DNA from: Paraspadella gotoi
Lineage: Eukaryota; Animalia; Chaetognatha
Reading direction: 5' to 3'
Length of the DNA stretch: 64,000 bases
NCBI GenBank assembly: GCA_051294375.1
Contig: CM119268.1
Coordinates: 10,052,370-10,116,369 of the forward strand
In this document: positions 55,675 to 64,000 of the stretch, in pieces
How the letters are laid out: each line of letters starts with the position of its first letter
How positions within the stretch are numbered: the stretch's first letter is position 1
Notes under the pieces: generated by a model
Databases searched by the model: none
The model's input: only the letters and a program-made list of their open reading frames with translations
What the model was told of the DNA's origin: nothing
Translations under genes and position numbers: made by a program

Positions 55675-58600
55675 AGTTTTCGTCACTTTTAAAACTCTTT
55701 TTAGATTTCGCGGTCCGGGTTATGTTATCATAGATACAGACAAAGAAAGAGCGAAAAACTGATAGAGATTTTGGGCGTACATCTAGTTTTATAGTTTTTT
55801 AAATTTACAGTAATAATTACCCTAATTAAGAATTTAAGACTATCACCAGAGACGTGAATGTCAGTGTGGTTCAAGAAAATATGAAATTAATTTGTAAACG
55901 ATCTAATAAAACTTTTAAAAATTATTTGGAACAAAAAAAAACCATTTATAAAAAAAATAAAAAACAATTTTGACATTAAAATGAAACCTTACCTTGTTAA
56001 ACTTGACGGCGATTCCAGTATCGCATTCTTCGCCGACAGTAACTGTCGCCGTCCGGTTGAGATAATCTATCTCGACGTAACGCCACTCTCCGTCGTTCAC
56101 GCCGTGCGCTACATTCGGCGTCACGCGCGTCACATGTCCCTCTTGGCCCAAAGAAAACGAGAAAACGATCTGACCTTCAATAATTTCGGTGGCGATAAAG
56201 TCGTGCTTTTCGTTGTAGCGTCCATTGTAGAAAAGAAGACCGTTGGGAGCGTGAGTGGAGAATTCAAACCTAATGTTAAAACGATGACGCTGCTTAAGCG
56301 AGGGGAAGGTAAGATAACTGTTGGCGGGAAAGTGACGCGTCGTTAGTTCGCAGTATCGGTTGAAGTCGGATCCCGACGCCGCGTTTCCGGTCGAGGCCGG
56401 CGAAAGAAGGTCCGTGGCGGGTTTTCCCGTGTGCGGGCAGTTAACGCAAACGATTTGTCCCGTGATCAGTTTTTGACATTGCGAGGGCCGACGGCAAGGA
56501 TTATTCGTCTCGCAAATATCCCCACCGTTAGTCATATCCACCTGGCAGTTGACTCCGGTGAAACCGTTGGGACAGAGGCAGGAATAACCTCCCTCTTTTC
56601 TAATGCAGGTGCCGTTGTTGGCGCAAGGATTCGAGTAGCAGAGATTCACTTCCGTGTCGCATAACCATCGCGCCTTTTTTCCCGTGAACCCGTCCGGGCA
56701 TCGGCACTTAAAAGTATTAACTGGATAAATGGGGCGAAAAAGAAAAGTGTCCGAGGCGATGAATTCCGCGGCGTTGCCGAACTTGAGAACGGAAAGGCAT
56801 TCGGCGTTGTTGGGGCAGGGCTCGTGGACGCAGAGATTGTCGTCGAAGGGGAGCACCTCGACACTGGAGAGTTTCGTAAGTCTTTCGCGCTGCAGATAAA
56901 TCCTCTCGCGCAAATATTGCGACGAAAAGTAGGTTTGATCCGGTTTCGTCGCGGAAAAGGAAACGTTCAGAATTCGCTGGTCTCCCACTTCAGTGTCGTT
57001 ATTGACGGAAAAGACGAAGATGTCCTTTTCGTTACACTCGACAACGACGGAGAGGGCCGACTTGAAGAGACGGTAGACTGGTGATAAGAAGGCCTCGGCC
57101 GTCATGTTAGCCAGTCGCACGGTGATTGAGTTGGACAACATTTCGTCAGTAACCAAAAGGACATCGAGTTTCGCGGACGCTTTTACCACGTTTTCTCCAT
57201 CAGACACTTGAAAAGACATAGGAGCAGATATGGGCACGTTGGTGTTGAGGTTCGAGTTGAGCGTGATCTCTCCGGTCCGGTTGTCGAGCAAAATAAACTC
57301 GAGCGACTGGGATATTTCAAAGAGGAGGGTATCATTGGCATCCGGATCAAAGGCGGGCACCCGGCCAATGGGTTTGGTAGGAAAGTAGCTCTCAAAATTA
57401 TTGAATACGATGTTGAAATCCTTGAGCTGAGGAGCGTTGTCGTTTTCATCGAGGATGTTAATGTAGACGGTGGCCTCATTGTATAGAGTGTCGGAAGCGG
57501 CGCGTACTTGAATTTCGTATCTTTTTTTCGGCGCTTCATAGTCAAATTCGATGAGAGTTTTAAGCGGAGTAGGGTCGAGGAAAGCATCGAGTTCAAAAAA
57601 ATCCATGTCAGGACCGCCGACGATGGAATATTCTACTCTCGCATTATCACCCAAATCTGGGTCTTTTGCGTAAATCATGCCAACTACGGTGCCGATCGGT
57701 GAATTCTCCTTAACGAACTCGTTAAGAATGTCGCTGCGGAAAATGGGGGCGTTATCGTTGGAATCTTGTACATTGATCTGAATTATCACGGAACTCGATC
57801 GAGGAGGACCGCCGCGGTCGACGGCGTAGGCAATAAGTCGATAAGCAGCCACAGTTTCTCTGTCCAATTTCTTGCTGATTCGGACGACTCCAGAGCTGGG
57901 GTCTACGGCAAAGTTACCATTACCGTTGTCGCCGTCTGTAAAGGTATAACGCACTCTGCCGTTCAAACCAGCGTCCTTATCCTTGGCATGAATTTTAACA
58001 ACAGTGCGGTCCACCATAATATCTTCCGAAATCGAGACGAGGTAAGAAGATTTGTCGAAGACCGGACTATTGTCGTTCGTGTCCAAAATCTCCACCTGGA
58101 GATCCGCCGTATCGGACTTAGACGGTTTGCCATTGTCCGTCGCTTGCAGTTGAATCGTGTATGCGCTCATAGTTTCTCGGTCGAGCCCGCCCGTCGTTGT
58201 GATTTCTCCACTGTCCGGGTCAATCTTGAAAAGGGGAACTTGATCCGAGTTGTATATCGAGTACGTGAGACGGGCGTTCTCGCCAACGTCGGCGTCCGTG
58301 GCCAGCGCTGTGAAAATCAGAGTCCCTAGGGGTTCTTCTTCAGAAACCTTCACGCTGTAAAGAGACTTGTCGAAATGCGGACGATGCGTGTTGGCGTCCA
58401 AAACCTCGATCTTCACTAGGGTCTGATCAGTTCGTCCACCTTCGTCAGTGGCTCTTACGGTCAACACGAATCTTTGCTCTTTTTTATAATCGAGCCTGCA
58501 AGTGAGAGACAACAAGCCTTGACCGGCCTGGGATCTAATCTGAAAGCAATTCCTGGCGTTTCCGGCAGTGATTGCGTAGTTTACGCGAGGGTTTTCGTCC

Positions 58601-61005
58601 TTGTCTAATGCGCTGATTGTGATCACCGGAGTTCCGTAATTAGCATTTTCCGCGATCGAAGTTTGGTATTCGCGTTCGGAGAACGTAGGAGAATTATCGT
58701 TGATATCTCGAACTTTAATTGTCATGGATGCAACGGCCGAGAGCGGAGGCTCACCCTTGTCCTTAGCAACGACGGTGAATGAATAGGTAGAGGATTCCTC
58801 TCGGTCGATTCTTCTCGTCGTCTTCATGACACCAGTATTCTTATCAATGACGATAGGCATATTGGCGGGAGCTTTTCGGATCGAATATTCGATCTCCCCC
58901 CTCGGCCCGGAGTCGCGATCGTAGGCTTGAAGGGTGGTTATTATTTGGCCAGAATCTTCTTCTTCCGTGATGGTCTCTTCGAAAGCGGGCATATAGAATT
59001 GAGGCGCGTTGTCATTCACGTCTATTACGTTGATTGTAATGTCTGTGGTGTTGGCGCGAGCTGGGCTGCCTTGATCCTGCGCACGGACGGAAAGTTCGTA
59101 ACGAGGAACTGATTCAAAGTCTAACTCCTGCACGAGAGAGATTTTTCCAGTGAGAGAATCCATACGAAAAACCGTGGATGCGAAAGAACCAGAGAGAGAG
59201 TAGCGAATCTCGCTGTTTGCTCCTTCGTCCGAATCTGTCGCAGTCACCGTGAGAATAACAGGGCCTGCTTGCCAATTGGCGTCCTCGTCTACATCAATTG
59301 AGTAGACGCGTTTGTCAAATTGGGGAACATTGTCGTTCACGTCTTTGACGTTTATGTTGACGACCGCAGTCGCCGACTTACGCTGCGTTAGGTCGGACGC
59401 CTTGTCGGTGGCTACGATTTCGAGTCGATAGCGTCCAATCTTTTCGCGGTCCAGTCGATATTGCGTCGTCACTTCGCCGTAGATGGGATCGATTTTAAAT
59501 GCCTCATTAGGGCTGTTTGGATTCAACAACGAATACTCTATTTCCGCGTTGCGTCCTTCGTCGTTGTCGGTTGCACGAAGAGTAATTATCGTCGTTCCAA
59601 TTTCCGTGGATTCTAGAACATCGCGATTGTAGACAGAAGACTCGAATAGCGGCGCGTGGTCATTCACGTCGTTCACCTTCACGGTAAGCGTCGCCGTGGC
59701 GCTTTTTCGCGGGGACCCGAAATCCCTCGCGGTGACGCGAAACTGATGTTCGGGCATCGTCTCTCGGTCTAATTCTTTGATGGTGACGATTCGACCCGAG
59801 TCTTCGTCGATGTCGAAAAGCTCTTTGCTTCGTCCGTCTCGAAGGGCCATAAATGAATAGGCCATCTTTCCAGCGAGGCCAGAGTCTGGATCGAATGCCG
59901 ACATTGTCGTGACCAGCGTTCCCACCGGTTCCGACTCTTTGATGTTGGCAAGGTAAAAGTTTTGTTCAAACTGAGGCTTCGTGTTAATCCCAGCGCGAGC
60001 AGCACGACGAAAACGTCGATGAGGAGAGCTTGTTTTCGAGCGAGAAGAAACGGGACGCGTACGGGTGGACTCGGAGGCGGAGAATTCGGGTTCGTTTGCA
60101 AAAATACTAACCGTCAGTTGGATATTATCTCCAATAGGGACGCAGGAAATGCCGACGGGAAAACGGAAGACGAGATCTCTTTTCCCATTGGATTCGAGAC
60201 CAAAGCTACGCAGCGCCATTAGCTTTAACGATGTAACGGACAAGGCTGCGTTTCCGTTCGAGTCGAGAAGTAAGTTCGAGTCCGTGTCATCGTCACTTTT
60301 TCGTTTCTCAGTTTTCGCGGATTGTAAACAACGCCGCAACTCCGCGGGCAAAAACGACCGCAGATCGAGAATTTCTTCATCGCGTGAAAAGCAAGGCTTT
60401 TGGCGAAGAGACGAAGATCTGTATCGAATATCGATGCGATGCAGGTGGCGATTATTGAGATGACTGAGCCGGTCCAGGTGGTGGATAAGTTCATGACCCA
60501 GTTTCGTTTCTCCTCGATGAGTGTTGAAAAAATCTCCTTGACGCGTTTTATCCTGACTCCCACTAGTCTCGCAACCTTCGACGAAGATGAGCAAAGAGAG
60601 TCGGACGCGATTCACCGAGGCCTTTGCGTTATCCGATTCATCCGAGACGAGGTCGACGGAGTGACGCAATGGATTGCACGTCGGCGGCAGGATTGAGCAG
60701 ACAAGCGGCCAGAACTCTGAAGTCAAAATCACGGAACCCTTGACGACGAGAAGTGGCGTCCGGAGCGAAGTGGCGCTCTGGATATGGCAGGATGGATGAG
60801 ACAACTGGGGATGGAACCCCGTCAAAGTGGAATCGAAGACGATGGATTTCGCAGGAGATGATTTTTGTAAATGAATTTCCAGTCCATCGATGGCAGCGAT
60901 GAAGAGTATGAAGAAAATGCACCAAACGAATCGTGGATGGGACAAGCGCCTCGAATTGGCCGCCAAGCGAAATCCCAAGTCTTGGCGCTTGCGACGCGCG
61001 CCCAT
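50211..61005 (-). CDS. CELSR: CELSR/Flamingo seven-pass cadherin adhesion GPCR, 2 exons (61005-55993, 55427-50211), 3409 aa
   Basis: Signal peptide, furin-like RRFRR, cadherin repeats (LDRE, DxNDNxP), EGF, two LamG, laminin-EGF, HRM, GAIN/GPS (CECDHLTTFA), 7TM. Phase-0 GTAAG...TTTTAG intron 55428-55992. Confidence 0.97.
55618..55669. repeat. (GA)n microsatellite
   Basis: About 26 GA units preceded by a short (TG)n run in the CELSR intron. Confidence 0.95.
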
Positions 61006-62498
61006 TCTTATCTCTTGCCCGTTTCCGGTTTAGTATGAATTTACTGGCGTTGAGAATTGTTTCCAAGAATTTATTAGGTTATAAGGTTCAATTTGTTCTG
61101 TATTTTTTTCGAAATAGCATCCTGATCACGATCTTTGAATCGATTTTTTTTTATCGAAGATCATCCCATAGTAGACGGTTATATATGAGCAATGTTTATT
61201 ATTGGACGTCATTAAGTTTTTTTGCGACAAGCGTATCAAAGAGTTAATCAGTTATTTAAAATTAAGTACAGGCATAGTAGTAAGTAAGGCTTTCCTGAAA
61301 ATTTACAAATACAACATAAATTCAGTAATAACTTTTCAAAGTTAATTTGATACTAATCTTCACACTTAATTAAAATTCCTTTCAATTTCAATTTAGCACG
61401 CCATTTACACTCGTAACCGTTGGTACGACAGAATCACACGAATTAAGTAGATAAAATTTTTCTATCATATACAAGGAAATATGTATTTGAAAAAAATATT
61501 GATTCGGTTTCGAAATTAACAATTATAATCACATCAATAGCAAAAAAGACTAAACAAGAGAAAAGGATTCTGCTTTCGTGTCTTTGTCACACGAGCACTT
61601 GGAACAATCAGTGGAGTGGAAGGCGTCCCCACCATTGTTTTTTGGGTAATGATCTTCATTCTTCGTGAAGAATGCGACATTCATGACTCACGGCGGATGG
61701 CGGGTCTCCACCTGGCGGCGGACCTGCCGCAAACTTGACAAAGATGCTCTTCTGTTCCAACCACCGAAGTTGGAACCCACGTCATGTCGTTTAATTTTTT
61801 ATTCAATTATTGTTATCGCTTAATTCGATAAGACTTTAAAACTTTTAAAAAGATGTAAGACTTAGAGGATAATTTTTATTTCTGTTACCTGTCTTATAAC
61901 AAAACTAATACATTATTAAATTTAAATTCGAGGCTTATGTTTACTAGCCTTAGTCTAAGGCGTAGATGAAAGTTACAATACGAAAATTCTATCAGTAAAA
62001 GTCAATTATGAACAACATACCATCAGTAACATTAATTTGTAAAAAAATTATATTATGTTTTTTAATTTTGCAGTAGGCTATATTTTATATATAGTACTAT
62101 CCTTATAAATATAAAAATTTCAAAATAGGCTTTTCTTAATTTTGATTACAGATTTAATTCCTCGTCAAAAGTTATTAAAAGAAAATATAAATCATTTTTA
62201 AAAATTCTTTCATTAAGTGGTTAAAAATTAAAAAAACTATATTTAATATATAAAAGTAATCCATTATTGGTATTAATTATTGTGTTAAAATATTTTTTTG
62301 CAAATATGTTCCGAACCATGAGTAATTCGCTAATTAATATTAATTATATTGCTATAATAAATGTTAAAATTTTTTTTGGATATTTAAAATTTTTTATATT
62401 GATCGATAGAGCTAAAAGTTAAGACAAAAAATATAATTACAACTTTTAAAATTTTGATGTTTATTACTAAAAATTAGTAAAAACTGCTAAAATCATCG

Positions 62499-62519
62499 GA
62501 TGATGATGATGATGATGAT
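62499..62519. repeat. (GAT)7 microsatellite
   Basis: gatgatgatgatgatgatgat. Confidence 0.85.
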
Positions 62520-64000
62520 TTTTAAGGTTTTTCTCATTTTAACCCACTTATCATCAAAATATTGAACAAAGAATTATACTTTTGTGTAGATAACTTTTCA
62601 TAAGCTATTTGAAATCTGCTTTAAAATAAAAAAATTCTAAAAAAATTTTTTGACATTTCCTATCTATAATAAATATTTAAAATTAATTACTAATTGCTTC
62701 TTGCCATTTTAGAAATTTTTCTCCATTGAAAGTTTTTCCAGAAATGTATGAAGTTTCATTTGGAAAGGTTCCAAATCAAACTTCTGACCCACCCCTTGAC
62801 GAAGTTTGGCTCTAATATATTAATATAGTCTTTTTCTAATTTTTTACCCACTTAATGAAGGAATTTTTCAAAAGAGTTATATTTCTTTTTATCAACTTTT
62901 TATGACGAATCCAAATCTGCAAAAAAATCTTAGAAAAACTGTTTTGAAATTTTAACATTTATTGGTTTATTACTAGTATAGAATGTGCTACTGCATAAAT
63001 TGTAAAATTTATTATAAATTTTTTTTAATTACATAATGTTCATTAGTATAATGTTTGTTCGTTCCTCAATTTTAGATTATTTAATTAAAGTTTAAATTTA
63101 AATTCGAGGCTTATGTTTACATTCGCCGACCGGGTTTGCAAACTTTTACAGATTTTGAAGTTTGAAGAGAAAGAGAGTCTGTATATTTGTTTCACAAGTC
63201 AATTCGTTTTTGTGATGATAAAAGCTTACGTTGAATCCAAAGCATGTCCGAAATTTAAGTTTCTTAATAAAACTTTACAAAAAATTGTATTGCAACGCAA
63301 ACTGAGATTCGACTCTAGAGGGAAAACAAAATTCAATGGATTGACAAACCACCGACCGCTAAAGTTGGTTGCGGACGTCGAATAGTAAAGTTACCCTAAT
63401 TTTTATATTGGTTGTACCAATTTCAAAAAGACTTTCTAAAATTGTGAAATAGAAACAAATACGTATATAGCTGTTTTCCTTACGAAAAATTACAAATTAT
63501 TTTCTAATATAAGTCAAAATACAAACCACATTGTCCACTGACTGTCATACGGTTTCACGGAATTAACCAAATAACCAAATAAAAATTTAAAGACAAAAAT
63601 TTAATCCTTAAGACACGAACCCAAAACAAAAGGTTGAAATAATTTCTCCGGTTGAAACAAAAGGATTTAAATTTTGACGGCAAATAAATCAAGAATTCCT
63701 TGGAATAAATATATAAGAAATAATACTAGTATAAGTTGAATGAACACGCTGCAATAAACTACTACTGATATAAATATTCTCATACACCTTATTTACGATG
63801 GGTACTGAAAGTTAAGAACTAAATTATCTAAAAATAACTAATTATGATGTACTACTTGTCAATGGTCAGGCTTTGAAAACAGTTGCAGTTTCAGATGTCA
63901 AACGTCATCGATTTCATTCAATAATCATTAATCAATCAGTAATTTACTAATTATGTATCTTTTCGAAAATTTAGATAAAAAATATAAATAAGTACCAATA

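Noticed and set aside
63113-63385. 90-aa plus-strand ORF
   Set aside because: Short, AT-rich, starts inside a direct repeat, no recognisable homology or splice support.

Overview
Compact, intron-rich animal (bilaterian-type) nuclear DNA, not prokaryotic. I can reconstruct about 19 spliced protein-coding genes, and all of them lie on the minus strand, head-to-tail. In transcription order they are CELSR/Flamingo, SH3D19-like, CWC21/SRRM2-like, synaptobrevin, SCAPER, CCDC50-like, an orphan, ASPP, two C2H2 zinc-finger genes, TRMT10C, COX17, PGAM5, a coiled-coil orphan, BACE, DTD2, METTL25-family, katanin p60 and NSE2. Stop-to-start gaps go down to 10, 56, 122, 142, 151 and 188 nt. Many downstream genes are preceded by a polypyrimidine-AG acceptor with no obvious donor, and several junctions lack AATAAA. 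The main hypothesis is a large unidirectional polycistronic (operon / SL trans-splicing) gene array. Other notable items: a perfect 184-bp intronic palindrome with a minimal hammerhead ribozyme core on each strand (Penelope-like), an inverted-repeat-bounded telomere-like element, a dispersed hairpin repeat, and a 3409-aa CELSR with only one intron. Gene names come from motif recognition only; no database search was run and the organism is not identified.
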